The notes: generated from the letters alone by a model not told the origin. A DNA stretch of 63,660 nt, filler included, from Stramenopiles sp. TOSAG23-6 (GCA_900128565.1; 42 parts of 42 records of this genome joined end to end with filler, not necessarily neighbours in it); one strand, 5' to 3'. Positions 27,540-40,786 are shown, counted from the whole stretch's first letter. Translations and numbers: made by a program.

Positions 27540-28812
27540 AACATTTGTTGTAATTCAGATTCTCTTCCAAAAAACGAAAGTGGCGCAGGACAATCGTTGA
27601 CCATCCGATTATTTTCTGTATGATTTATATATTGTTGGAAAAAATAGTAGAAAAAAAAAATCATTAAGTACAAAATTTCAATACAAAAATCATCAAGTAC
27701 AAAATTTTCTATGAAATGATGATTATATACATGTGAGTTCCAGAAGACACAGAACCACGGGAAAAAATAACTTTCGAATGTCTTTTATCATTTTCAGATT
27801 TGTATTTTGGAAAATATTTCAAAAAAAAATCGTTAGGTACAAAATTTCGTACGAAAAATAAATTCAAATTTGAAAAAAAATAAAACATACTTTTTTGATG
27901 GTAAAAGTAAAAATTTTGTTTCTTCTCCCTTCCCTTTAGTAACAGGGCTTAGCTCTATCATAGATTTTCCAATATCAACTGCTTCCTCAACTGTTTTACC
28001 AGCTAAAAGTGAACAATAAAAGTTAGTTGCAAAGATGTATTGTGAAAAATATTTCAAATTTGTTTTTTGTTTAGGTACAAAATTACGTATGAAAAAATAA
28101 ATTCGAAATTCATGATGAAAAGGTACATTATAGATGCATCGTCTAGGACCACCTTGCTATCTTGAATAGCAATGACATGAGGAACACCACATTCTACAAA
28201 AGCATGACCAATTCTTTCGGAATGGCAAACACTAACAAGAACGACTTTCACTCCACGGTGAGTACCCCCAGATCGAAAGAGTCGTTTTATCTCAGTACTC
28301 GTAATCACTTGAGCAATTCCTCGATCATCTTCAAGTAAAAGTTCTCCACCACTCAATCCATGACCTGAAAAATGTACAATTTTGCAGCCTTGTGTAAGCG
28401 TACGTTTAATATTATCTAGAGTGCCAAACTCTGATTTCCAATGGACTTGGTGTTGAATACGATCAAAAATTTGGGTGAGTCCATTTAACTCTCTTGCAAT
28501 ATCGAGTTGTTGAACGCTGATAAGTTTTGAACTATCATCGCCCATTTTGACTTTCATCAATGGAGAAGCAAAAAAATGACCGATATGATATTGATGTTGA
28601 CTTGGTACACGCTGAGATATTTCACTTTTGAAACTATTAGCTACTTCAGACGTTAACTCTGATGGAAATTCTTTACTATCAGATTCTGCGCTTCGACTTT
28701 TATGAGCTCGCCACAAGCTTTGCAACAAGCGAGTAGCACTATCCATGTCATCATTATCTTGAATGTCTTGAACATTCAACGTTTCAGATGCTTTAGGTAT
28801 AGATGAATTCAT
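27540..28812 (-). CDS. IQ motif + CHAT (caspase-like) domain followed by the start of a probable STAND/NB-ARC NTPase; introns 28035-28126 (GT-AT), 27800-27890 (GT-AA) and a third starting at 27730
   Basis: AT.LLQSLWRAH..R; FASPL, LD..RE, VHFSGHG, LLLED, SVCHSE, GVPHVI, D.AS|IIF...FY..L..G.TV.EA; FFGRESEL. Confidence 0.75.
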
Positions 28813-29271
28813 TGAATGTTCAATGCAAATTCAGCCACATTCGAATGCGCGATTGGCAGATTCAAGAATTCGAGAGCAAGCTTTTTCGATTTATGAACGA
28901 ACGTCGTTCGAACGATGACGTTTGNNNNNNNNNNNNNNNNNNNNNNNNNNNNNNNNNNNNNNNNNNNNTTAATTAATTAANNNNNNNNNNNNNNNNNNNN
29001 NNNNNNNNNNNNNNNNNNNNNNNNCCCTAGAAATTTCATCTTCCCACCAACGCTTTTTTTTTATTTTTGTTTCATTTTCCCCCTTTTTTTTTATTTTTTT
29101 TTTATTATGTATGGACAACTACCATACATTCATTTATTTTTTTTCCTTGGGAACATTTCACCTTCCACTTATCAACACTCTTTTTTTCTTTTTTTTATAT
29201 ATATCTTGTTCACATCAATCCCCATCACCCACTACCTCCACCTCAAACACTTTTCAAATTTAAATTTAATT

Positions 29272-29500
29272 TTGTTTTTTTATTTTTCCCAATTTTTATA
29301 TTGTTTTTTTATTTTTCCCAATTTTTATATTGTTTTTTTATTTTTCCCAATTTTGATACTGTTTTTTTATTTTTCCCAATTTTTATACTGTTTTTTTATT
29401 TTGCCCAATTTTTATATTGTTTTTTTATTTTGCCCAATTTTTATACTGTTTTTTTATTTTTCCCAATTTTTATATTGTTTTTTTATTTTTCCCAATTTTT
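29272..29500. repeat. 29-bp tandem minisatellite, about 7.5 copies
   Basis: CCCAA anchors at 29288, 29317, 29346, 29375, 29404, 29433, 29462 and 29491. Confidence 0.9.
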
Positions 29501-30540
29501 TTTCTATTCAATCTATCAAATCTTTCACATGTAAATTCAAAATGAATTTACATGGTAGCAGCAAATACTGACCCAAAAAAGCACAGCATTAGTACTGGGA
29601 CAACTGCTGATGATGGTGAATCAACAATCAGCAATCTTCGAATCTGTGATGATTTATCCTCTGTTGATGGTGTCATACTTGACATTACCTCTTTACTACA
29701 ATATGTGCAAAATTAAACAAACACTAAAAATAAATAAAACATTACTGAACAATTCAAGGATTATAGTTGTTTCCAATGATAACATGCCCAATTTTTCATG
29801 TGCAATATAAAATGGTACATAAAAAGTCAAAAACATGGATTTCTACAAAGTTTATCATTATAAATATAACAGATGACATTCAATTTACCTTCTGTTGTAT
29901 ATTCAATATTAAAACTACTTTTATAATTTGTAAATGAATTATAATAATACATAATGTGTGGAAAAAAAACATAGTAAGATATAAAAGTTACAACATGGAA
30001 TTATTGGAATATATATACTACAAAACAAATTAAGCAAATATAAAAACCATTGTGAATTTACCATTTAAGGATCTAACTATATATAACAAACCTTATATTA
30101 TTTATGAAAATATTCCATTCAAGTATTTATTAATCATCAGTCATATATACTTAATTTTAACACACTTGTATAAAGTGTAATTACCGTATGTGGAAAGAAC
30201 TATATGTATATATTATAAAACAAATGAATCGACAATGGTATAATGAAATATTGTTGTATTGATTTGTATAATATATAAAACATACTTCAAACAACATTAA
30301 CAATATTAGAATTATAAAACAAATGAATAAACAAGAATTATATCAAATATTGTTGTATTGATTCGTATAAAATATACAATACCCTAAACAACATCAACAA
30401 TATCACAATTATAAAACAAATGAATAAACAACAATGATATNNNNNNNNNNNNNNNNNNNNNNNNNNNNNNNNNNNNNNNNNNNNTTAATTAATTAANNNN
30501 NNNNNNNNNNNNNNNNNNNNNNNNNNNNNNNNNNNNNNNN

Positions 30541-31504
30541 GTAGAGCTCTCTCTGCAATGCTACTCGTTTTCTCCAAAAAATCTTGAAATTCAACGGATT
30601 TGAATGTCTTTTGGATTTCATCTGTACTCAATTGATCTTTTTTATGATTTTTTTGATTTTTATGATTTTCATGATTCATACTTAAATCTGTACCGTCATT
30701 AGTGTCCCATAATTGTTGTGCAATTCTAGGAGTAGTAGGGTTAGGGTTTGATGTTTCCTGTATACCATCGACTACGGGCTGAAATAGTTCCCCATCATCT
30801 TGTCTGTCGATAGAAGTCGTAAAACTACTTTGTCTACTATTTGTGTTTGCGTTTGTGTTAGAGTTAGTATTATGTGTAGGGTTATGAACGAATCCTGTTG
30901 TGGATCGAGGATTATGAAGGAATGGCGTAGTGGATCGTGAACGTCGTGGGGATGTTCGCGGAGATGCCCGAGGCGATGTTTTCCTTCTTGAACTTTCTGC
31001 TGAAAAAAGAGTATGTGTATTTGAATCCGTCTGCGTACTCTTTGAATAGTATTCTGAAGTAGAGCCTCTATTATTTACACTACATACATTTTCAAATACA
31101 CAAAGGGAAACTATTGTTTCATTGTTTTCAGATGTGCATATAGTCTTGTTGTGAAGTTGGTTTTCATTCTCAGTATTCTCAGTATTCTCAGTATTCTCAC
31201 ATGTTTTGAGTGGGGACGTGCTTGATTGGTGCCCAGTAGTTGTATCAGAAATCTCATCATTTGGCGTCTTAATTGATTCTTCAGTAGCTTTAGGAGGTGA
31301 AGTGGTCGGGCCAGGAGCAGCAAGCAAATTAGAAATAAGATTATCCAAGTCCGAGCTTTCTACGTTTGGTTCTGGTACAGGTTGCGGAATGTCATTTTTT
31401 GCTGGAGGAGTGTGAATGCTTTTTTGTTGACCACTGCTTCTCTTTTGCCGTAATGCTGCTAACCGTGCACGTTTCTCTGCAAGTTTTGCTTTGCGTGCCT
31501 CCAT
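30541..31504 (-). CDS. DYNC1I: Cytoplasmic dynein intermediate chain, N-terminal part
   Basis: RKAKLAEKRARLAALR coiled coil, YSKSTQT (LC8-binding) motif, S.EFQDFLEKTSSIAERAL. Confidence 0.88.
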
Positions 31505-32128
31505 TAGATTAAATAATATTTTCTAAAACGTATTATTGTGCATTATATAAATAGGACTTGATAGAGAGAGGTTGACTGCTGTGTAATAATTTAATTATGT
31601 GAATGTGATTGACTGTCAAAAGTGATTGGATTGAAACTTCACGATACACGAAATCATGAAAAAACAGTTTTTTTTTCATAGGAAATTTCGTACCTAACGT
31701 GTTTTCATGATTTTTATTATAAGAAACGCCCGATTTATTTCGTGTTTTTTCCGCGAAATCATGGAAATACGTTAGGTACAAAATTTACTACGGAAACTTA
31801 TTAAAACTTCATGACAAAAAAAAAATTGTGAAGTTTCCAATCAGTCAAGAGTCTAGAGTCAAGACTGTCAAAATCCGAAAAGAAAACGAAAAAGCGATTG
31901 CGAAGACTTTGGAAAAATCTGGAAATTAAAAATTCGTCATAAAAAATTGCCAAANNNNNNNNNNNNNNNNNNNNNNNNNNNNNNNNNNNNNNNNNNNNTT
32001 AATTAATTAANNNNNNNNNNNNNNNNNNNNNNNNNNNNNNNNNNNNNNNNNNNNAACGAACTCTCTCTCGATACACACGAGTTATTAAACAAGAACGTGA
32101 TAAAGTTTACAAAAAAATACATAAGGGG

Positions 32129-32822
32129 ATGTTATTGTGTCGTAATCGATTTCCTCGAAATATATACAATACCTGTCGTCGCAGAATACATTGTATTCGG
32201 CTTGATCGGTCTATTCTTTCAGTACAGGGAAGAGATGCTTTGAAATTACTTCACGACTTAACAACAAATGATGTGCGTCCACTGGCTGCGTCTAGTGGAA
32301 ACGAGTCAATCTTTACTGCCTTTCTGAATAATAAGGGACGTATTATTGCTGATGCATTTATATCCGTCGGTAAACATCCTATATTTCCCGAAATATCGAA
32401 ATCTCAAGTGAAACATGATATTGAATCAACTTTAACAACAGACTGTAACCCTGAAAGCATCTTTTATATTGATTGTGCCCCAGAGCATGCAGCTATACTG
32501 AAGTTGTATAGACACATGTGATACATGGGCAATATTTCCAACGAAAGAGTCTATACTGTCGACTCAAAATTTTCTAGAAACACAACCAGATACAACTGTG
32601 TGGGGAAAAAACAATGAAACACAAAATGTATTAACAAAATCAGTAACACAATCACTTCAAAACCTATTACAATCTACAGATATGTCTTTATGGTCCTTAT
32701 CATCCGATCCACGTATGCCTCATTTAGGATCAAGATTAATTATGCCACGTTCAAATGTCGATTCTGACGCAATCAAGCAACATTTGTCGAACCCTAACCC
32801 TACATTGTCTGTACATTCTCAA
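32129..32822 (+). CDS. IBA57: IBA57/YgfZ-like folate-binding Fe-S assembly factor, partial, frame broken near 32500-32597
   Basis: DRS.L.V.G.DA..LL..LTTND, FLNNKGRI.AD, IDC, DPR...LG.R. Confidence 0.75.
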
Positions 32823-33812
32823 AAAGATGAAAAATCATTTTCNNNNNNNNNNNNNNNNNNNNNNNNNNNNNNNNNNNNNNNNNNNNNNNNNNNNNNNNNN
32901 NNNNNNNNNNNNNNNNNNNNNNNNNNNNNNNNNNNNNNNNNNNNNNNNNNNNNNNNNNNNNNNNNNNNNNNNNNNNNNNNNNNNNNNNNNNNNNNNNNNN
33001 NNNNNCCCTAACCCTAATTCAAACTTGATTTTTTTTTTTTCATACGATTTCAAAATTTTTAAAAATTTTGTGCAAAAACATCCAAAAAAAAAAAAAAAAG
33101 TTAAATCATTTTTTTCAAGACTTGTACAACATTATCATAATGATGATATAATTTATTGTCAATGTTTTTATGAAAGCCCTAACCCTAGCTAATATTTTTT
33201 GAATTTGATATTTTTTTTAAATGACAGGGTCACTTACCCTAACCCTAATTCAAACTTGATTTTTTTTTTTTCATACGATTTCAAAATTTTTAAAAATTTT
33301 GTGCAAAAACATCCAAAAAAAAAAAAAAAAGTTAAATCATTTTTTTCAAGACTTGTACAACATTATCATAATGATGATATAATTTATTGTCAATGTTTTT
33401 ATGAAAGCCCTAACCCTAGCTAATATTTTTTGAATTTGATATTTTTTTTAAATGACAGGGTCACTTACNNNNNNNNNNNNNNNNNNNNNNNNNNNNNNNN
33501 NNNNNNNNNNNNTTAATTAATTAANNNNNNNNNNNNNNNNNNNNNNNNNNNNNNNNNNNNNNNNNNNNAAAAAAACAACTGACTCTTCTGAACAGGTTTG
33601 CGCAAAAATATGATGGGTTTCATACAAAATTTTGTACCTAAAAAAACTCTTCCAGAAATGAGAAAAACGACACAACACGTGGTGTGTGAAAATTCCAGTC
33701 TATACTACAATAGTACTAACAATCACACGACAACTACTTACTATATATAGTAAAACACGACGGGGTTAAAGTTATTTCTCCATTGTATTACACGCCATAT
33801 TTATTTATAAGA

Positions 33813-34505
33813 ATGCTATCTAGAGTTTTGAAAATTCAACAAGCATCACCACTAGTGGCCCGTGCTTTTTGTAATAGATTGAACAGTACTTCCGTACACG
33901 ATGCGGATGCAACACGGGTTGACACTCAGCGTCAAATTATACAACAAAAGTCTGCATTCAAAGAGGCTGCAAGAGCACTTAGATCACAATATATGCGTGA
34001 AATTGATTCACGTGAGAAGACAATTCAAATATTAGAAAGAGAGGTTGAGGTACGTAAAGAAAAAGAGAGAAAAGATCTGATCAAATTGAAACGGACTCGT
34101 GCAGAAGCCAATGTAAAGGCGAGAACTCTTGAGGAAAAAAAACGTATTGCTGAGACCGCTGCGAAACGCCAATCGAATGCNGAAGAAGCNAANAAATGGG
34201 CTGATCATGTATGTAAACGTCGAAATGACAGATTCGAATTTTTAGCCAATGAGGAAAAGTATTGGCTTGANGGTAGTCAACTAAATCCTAATCATGAAGA
34301 AGAATCAGAAAACATTATCAAAAAATATTGTGAAGATGCTTTCTCCAAACGTGTTCCGTGGGATACATGGATTCAAGAAATTAATACACGAAATCAACAC
34401 CGTGCNACGGCNGTNAAAACAAAACATATGCCTAAACCAAAATTTGAAAAACGTAATTTCTTGATTGAACATGAACGTCAAAAAGGTNTTTNGAGTACAA
34501 TCTAG
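33813..34505 (+). CDS. Coiled-coil protein with a mitochondrial-presequence-like N-terminus; duplicated at 35326-36018
   Basis: MLSRVLK..ARAF N-terminus followed by a charged helical body. Confidence 0.55.
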   Translation: MLSRVLKIQQASPLVARAFCNRLNSTSVHDADATRVDTQRQIIQQKSAFKEAARALRSQYMREIDSREKTIQILEREVEVRKEKERKDLIKLKRTRAEANVKARTLEEKKRIAETAAKRQSNXEEXXKWADHVCKRRNDRFEFLANEEKYWLXGSQLNPNHEEESENIIKKYCEDAFSKRVPWDTWIQEINTRNQHRXTXXKTKHMPKPKFEKRNFLIEHERQKGXXSTI

Positions 34506-36733
34506 TTGTTTTTTTTCGTACGAAATTTTGTACCTAACAAACGAAAATTGGAAAATTGGATTTTTGAAACATTATTATTACAAATGTAGTAAGAAATCAT
34601 TTTCCTTACATTTTTTTTAAACATTTTCTTGTGTATTTATGTATATAATAAANGTNATGTATGATACTATCTATTTAGATGATATTTTGTTGATATATGT
34701 ATGTATAATGCAATGAAAAATTAAATNTAATGTTTTTAATTTTATTTTTTTTTTGTATGAAATTTTCTTAGTAAAAAAAAAGGAAAAATTATTTATTTTC
34801 AACTGATTTCACTTTCTTGATTCAAATATTTTTGATCTTCACATTAANAATTCATGATGGAGACTTAATTCTTTTTCAGTAAGCATATATATTTATGGTA
34901 TGTATTGANTCTTTATTTTTTNAAATCATTTAGGTTTACTTTTGTTTTTGTATATTATTATGATTCATTATTTGAGCCAATNNNNNNNNNNNNNNNNNNN
35001 NNNNNNNNNNNNNNNNNNNNNNNNNTTAATTAATTAANNNNNNNNNNNNNNNNNNNNNNNNNNNNNNNNNNNNNNNNNNNNAAAAAAACAACTGACTCTT
35101 CTGAACAGGTTTGCGCAAAAATATGATGGGTTTCATACAAAATTTTGTACCTAAAAAAACTCTTCCAGAAATGAGAAAAACGACACAACACGTGGTGTGT
35201 GAAAATTCCAGTCTATACTACAATAGTACTAACAATCACACGACAACTACTTACTATATATAGTAAAACACGACGGGGTTAAAGTTATTTCTCCATTGTA
35301 TTACACGCCATATTTATTTATAAGAATGCTATCTAGAGTTTTGAAAATTCAACAAGCATCACCACTAGTGGCCCGTGCTTTTTGTAATAGATTGAACAGT
35401 ACTTCCGTACACGATGCGGATGCAACACGGGTTGACACTCAGCGTCAAATTATACAACAAAAGTCTGCATTCAAAGAGGCTGCAAGAGCACTTAGATCAC
35501 AATATATGCGTGAAATTGATTCACGTGAGAAGACAATTCAAATATTAGAAAGAGAGGTTGAGGTACGTAAAGAAAAAGAGAGAAAAGATCTGATCAAATT
35601 GAAACGGACTCGTGCAGAAGCCAATGTAAAGGCGAGAACTCTTGAGGAAAAAAAACGTATTGCTGAGACCGCTGCGAAACGCCAATCGAATGCNGAAGAA
35701 GCNAANAAATGGGCTGATCATGTATGTAAACGTCGAAATGACAGATTCGAATTTTTAGCCAATGAGGAAAAGTATTGGCTTGANGGTAGTCAACTAAATC
35801 CTAATCATGAAGAAGAATCAGAAAACATTATCAAAAAATATTGTGAAGATGCTTTCTCCAAACGTGTTCCGTGGGATACATGGATTCAAGAAATTAATAC
35901 ACGAAATCAACACCGTGCNACGGCNGTNAAAACAAAACATATGCCTAAACCAAAATTTGAAAAACGTAATTTCTTGATTGAACATGAACGTCAAAAAGGT
36001 CTTTTGAGTACAATCTAGTTGTTTTTTTTCGTACGAAATTTTGTACCTAACAAACGAAAATTGGAAAATTGGATTTTTGAAACATTATTATTACAAATGT
36101 AGTAAGAAATCATTTTCCTTACATTTTTTTTAAACATTTTCTTGTGTATTTATGTATATAATAAANGTNATGTATGATACTATCTATTTAGATGATATTT
36201 TGTTGATATATGTATGTATAATGCAATGAAAAATTAAATGTAATGTTTTTAATTTTATTTTTTTTTTGTATGAAATTTTCTTAGTAAAAAAAAAGGAAAA
36301 ATTATTTATTTTCAACTGATTTCACTTTCTTGATTCAAATATTTTTGATCTTCACATTAAGAATTCATGATGGAGACTTAATTCTTTTTCAGTAAGCATA
36401 TATATTTATGGTATGTATTGANTCTTTATTTTTTNAAATCATTTAGGTTTACTTTTGTTTTTGTATATTATTATGATTCATTATTTGAGCCAATNNNNNN
36501 NNNNNNNNNNNNNNNNNNNNNNNNNNNNNNNNNNNNNNTTAATTAATTAANNNNNNNNNNNNNNNNNNNNNNNNNNNNNNNNNNNNNNNNNNNNTTTTTT
36601 TTTTTTTTGAATTTTATTTTAAAATTTATTTTTTTTGTAAATTTTATTTTAATTTTATTTTATTTTTTTTTTTTTTTCTCATACAAAATTTCCTAACAAA
36701 TTCAAACTTTTAAACATATTGTTGTACAATACA

Positions 36734-37857
36734 TATCGCAGCAAATCGATGCAATGGTGTTCTTGGTGCAAAAGCAACACTAAATGCAAAATATGGAAAT
36801 GTATTTGCTATAGTTCGAGGTGCTACCAATGCTGCATTATTGAAGGTTGAACTCGCAAAACGATTAACAGCAATGNNNNNNNNNNNNNNNNNNNNNNNNN
36901 NNNNNNNNNNNNNNNNNNNNNNNNNNNNNNNNNNNNNNNNNNNNNNNNNNNNNNNNNNNNNNNNNNNNNNNNNNNNNNNNNNNNNNNNNNNNNNNNNNNN
37001 NNNNNNNNNNNNNNNNNNNNNNNNNNNNNNNNNNNNNNNNNNNNNNNNNNNNNNNNNNNNNNNNNNNNNNNNNNNNNNNNNNNNNNNNNNNNNTTTTTTT
37101 TTTTTTTGAATTTTATTTTAAAATTTATTTTTTTTGTAAATTTTATTTTAATTTTATTTTATTTTTTTTTTTTTTTCTCATACAAAATTTCCTAACAAAT
37201 TCAAACTTTTAAACATATTGTTGTACAATACATATCGCAGCAAATCGATGCAATGGTGTTCTTGGTGCAAAAGCAACACTAAATGCAAAATATGGAAATG
37301 TATTTGCTATAGTTCGAGGTGCTACCAATGCTGCATTATTGAAGGTTGAACTCGCAAAACGATTAACAGCAATGNNNNNNNNNNNNNNNNNNNNNNNNNN
37401 NNNNNNNNNNNNNNNNNNNNNNNNNNNNNNTTTTTTTACCAAAAAAAAAAAAAATATATATATATATATTTTACAATACATGGATCTTTTAATGGAAAGA
37501 AATGAAGAGCTAAAAGAAATAAATAATAGTAAGATCAATGATAAAGAAACATCTGAATCTTTGAACAATAATTGTTCATTTGATATTAGAATGCATTCAT
37601 TTATGTATGATATTTCGTGTAGTAGCAAAGGGCGAGGCATGTGCCATTTGAAAGATGTACTTTTTTTTTTCACAATTCATGCCACAATTGAAGATGATAC
37701 AAAATCACACAAAAACAACCAATTTTGGGAAGATTTCGTTGCGCGTAGTATTTTGGTAGCTACAATGGGCGCATGGGCTGCCATAGCATATGCTACAATA
37801 ACCAGAACTGAGAATAAAACGAAAAAAAATGCTCGATTTTATGGAATTTTTTATTAA
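36734..37857 (+). CDS. Uncharacterised multi-exon protein with a possible C-terminal TM helix; an exon is duplicated across a gap
   Basis: Open exons after family-type acceptors; hydrophobic SILVATMGAWAAIAYATIT segment. Confidence 0.35.
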
Positions 37858-38528
37858 AAAATTTGAAATTTCAACTTAAAATTATAAACATCTGATTTTT
37901 TTTTTGAATGTATTTTATTTTTGAACTTTTTGTCTAAGAATTAAAAAGTTAAATTGTGAGTTGCACAAAATCTTTCCATTTTTGCATTACGGAAATGATA
38001 AAGTTGCNNNNNNNNNNNNNNNNNNNNNNNNNNNNNNNNNNNNNNNNNNNNTTAATTAATTAANNNNNNNNNNNNNNNNNNNNNNNNNNNNNNNNNNNNN
38101 NNNNNNNAGTTAAATGGTACAAATAATACACATCTGTTGTAAATAAAAATAACCAGCCTAAACTAACAATGTTCAATAGTACAACGAATTATTCAACATA
38201 TTAAAACTTAAAAGGATAGTCTTAAAATATATTTATATTACACTACTATATCAATTATACCCGAATCTCATATAATAATATCCACTACATTATTATATGT
38301 ATTATTATATACTACAAATAATACGCCATATATATCAAATCCTCAAGAAACAATAACCCTAACCCTAAGCCAACCCCACAGATTACCCCCCCGCAGCGCG
38401 TCTACACGCGGTGCAAAAAAGATTTTTAAATTGTCAATTTGTCATAGTAGTATATACTATAAATTATAATCTCAGGCGATTACTACTCTAGCTATTGATA
38501 GTTTCCATTCGAGTGTTTTGCCGATTTC

Positions 38529-39371
38529 ATGCTACTAGAAGCTAAAACTATGCTGCGCGTAATGACCTGGAATTTATGGAAGAAGGATGGTACCCCCGCA
38601 CTATGGGCGGAGCGTCGTCCACAGATAGTTTCCTTACTCCGAACGTTTTCTCCCACAGTATTGCTTGTTCAAGAACTTCACCCTTGGATAACTGAAGCCA
38701 TTCTCGAAGCGTTGCCACACCACACATGTATTACCTCTCCAAAAGATGACACGGATTCGTGGGAGAAAGAGGGTAATATTTTTTGGGATAAGCGTATATT
38801 TGACGTAGAACCTGTACAATCTGGTGCCGAGGTCATTGGAATGTGTGAAAAACTTCGTCGATTATTCTGGGTTCGCTTAAAAATGCTATCCAATAAAAAG
38901 GAAATACTTTTTAGCACAGCTCATTACACATGGTACGGAGGTACAGACGAAAGTGGTAATAAAGTGTTTAATGTTAGACATACATGTGCAACGAATACAG
39001 TTGCAGCACTACAAAAACTTCTTGTGACGTCAGATCCAGAAAAACACGAAATTCCAGCTGTATTTGGTGGTGACTTGAACGAGGCTTACACTCCAAGGTT
39101 AGTATTAACCAAAGCTGGTTATAACGACTGCTTCACATCCCTTAATTTACCTTGTATGCCGACTCATCCCTGGCGTCCATCTCTTCCTGAAGAAGACAAC
39201 CTTTGTGATGAAGTTTTAGATTGGTTGTACCATAATGAAAAGTATAATTCGAATTTACGACCTCTGCTAGCTTCTGTTATTAGACCTCAACGTATTCACA
39301 TCGGGGGGGAATATGTTTCATGTGGTGCATCGGATCACTATCCTGTTATTGCGCATTATGAATTTTCATAG
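38529..39371 (+). CDS. Exonuclease/endonuclease/phosphatase (EEP) family protein; complete and intronless
   Basis: LRVMTWNL, LVQE, TAH, GDLN, LDWL, SDHYPV. Confidence 0.9.
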   Translation: MLLEAKTMLRVMTWNLWKKDGTPALWAERRPQIVSLLRTFSPTVLLVQELHPWITEAILEALPHHTCITSPKDDTDSWEKEGNIFWDKRIFDVEPVQSGAEVIGMCEKLRRLFWVRLKMLSNKKEILFSTAHYTWYGGTDESGNKVFNVRHTCATNTVAALQKLLVTSDPEKHEIPAVFGGDLNEAYTPRLVLTKAGYNDCFTSLNLPCMPTHPWRPSLPEEDNLCDEVLDWLYHNEKYNSNLRPLLASVIRPQRIHIGGEYVSCGASDHYPVIAHYEFS

Positions 39372-39660
39372 ACTAAGAAACTTCTAAAGTTGTAGAAATA
39401 TGTAGAGAACAAATACAAGTTGGTTTAAAGATTTAATTCCTTTTTATAGATAATTTTATATCAACAAATTTTTAGTGATACTTTTCGCAAAGGTCTTAGA
39501 ATATATTATAGTGTGTTTCNNNNNNNNNNNNNNNNNNNNNNNNNNNNNNNNNNNNNNNNNNNNTTAATTAATTAANNNNNNNNNNNNNNNNNNNNNNNNN
39601 NNNNNNNNNNNNNNNNNNNAATAATTCGATTTTTTTGTAAAAAAAAAAAATAAAACATAC

Positions 39661-40786
39661 ATGCCCACTAATTCTATCATCTATCTTACAATACTCATGA
39701 TGTTTTCTAAGTAATGCTTTGCTTTCCCAACTTTCACCACATACATCACAATACGTACTTACACGCATTCCACAATCAGCATCATCAGCTCTTTGTAAAC
39801 CATATGGAAATTTGTATGAACTCATTGCTGGAGCTATATGTATTTTGGAAAAATATTTGAAATTTTGTTTGTTAGGTACGAAATTTCGTACGAAAAAAAC
39901 AAATCGATTTTTTTGTAAAAAAAAAAAAATAAAACATACATCTAATTCATTTGTTTGTTTCATGTATTCAGATGCAGCAGATGCTGCTTTATCAACATCA
40001 AGTCTTCTATCACGCATGATTTGTTTTACTCTATATTGTTGTGCCCACCAAAGAGGAGGTATAAAAGGTGACCATGCATCAAGTCTATGTACAACTACTG
40101 ATGGTAAGGCTAGAAAAATAAAACCACCTGTTTCATCACTTGGATGTTGAAGGCGTAAAATATGTGATTGAAAATGTGTTGTACGACCATATTTATCCGT
40201 ATAATCACGAACACCATAACATCGAACATGCCCTTCAACTAATTGATGATGTCTCATTTCAGCGACCTGCACGAGATATTTTAGTATACGCAACACCAAT
40301 TGTAAGAGATGATAATAATACACTCACCATAAATTCTGTAAATATGAGAGCACTTGCTCTTGTACAGTTATTGAAGAAAGGATCTCTTGCGCCATAGCCA
40401 ATTGTTGTCAGCGTAATTAAAGAAAAAACAAAGGCATCGTTAAAAGTGCTAATTCCAGCCTCACATTCATTATCTAGAGACCACCAAAATAAAGAAAAAA
40501 CTATATTGACTACGAAATAGACACAAAATACTATAGCAATAATACTTGAAGCACGCTTTGCTAAAAGACTATGGAACCAATCACTCACATACAAATGGTA
40601 CGATAACCTACTCTTTTTTATGTGAAGTCGACCTCTTGATTGATGAAAGTAACTACGTCTATCACAGATACGAAATGGTAAATCGTCAATAGCAGGTGCA
40701 ACACTCACCCGAGATCGATCTTCATCTCTACTTGTAGTAGGATTTACCATTTTTAAACCATTTCTTTCCGAACCTTTTGCTTCCAT
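39661..40786 (-). CDS. Inward-rectifier K+ channel (Kir), partial; frame break at ~40262; intron 39838-39939 (GT-AT)
   Basis: F.FSL.TLTTIGYG selectivity filter, KISR, HQLVEGHVR, LP..VVH.LD..SP; C2H2-like insert (CDVCGE...H..YC). Confidence 0.88.

Noticed and set aside
29272-29500. Possible CRISPR array
   Set aside because: Head-to-tail 29-bp repeats with no unique spacers and no cas genes, in a eukaryotic context.
38529-39371. Alternative genetic code or stop-codon readthrough as the cause of broken ORFs
   Set aside because: Long exons have no in-frame stops, genes end at ordinary stop codons, and the breaks coincide with introns or frame changes.
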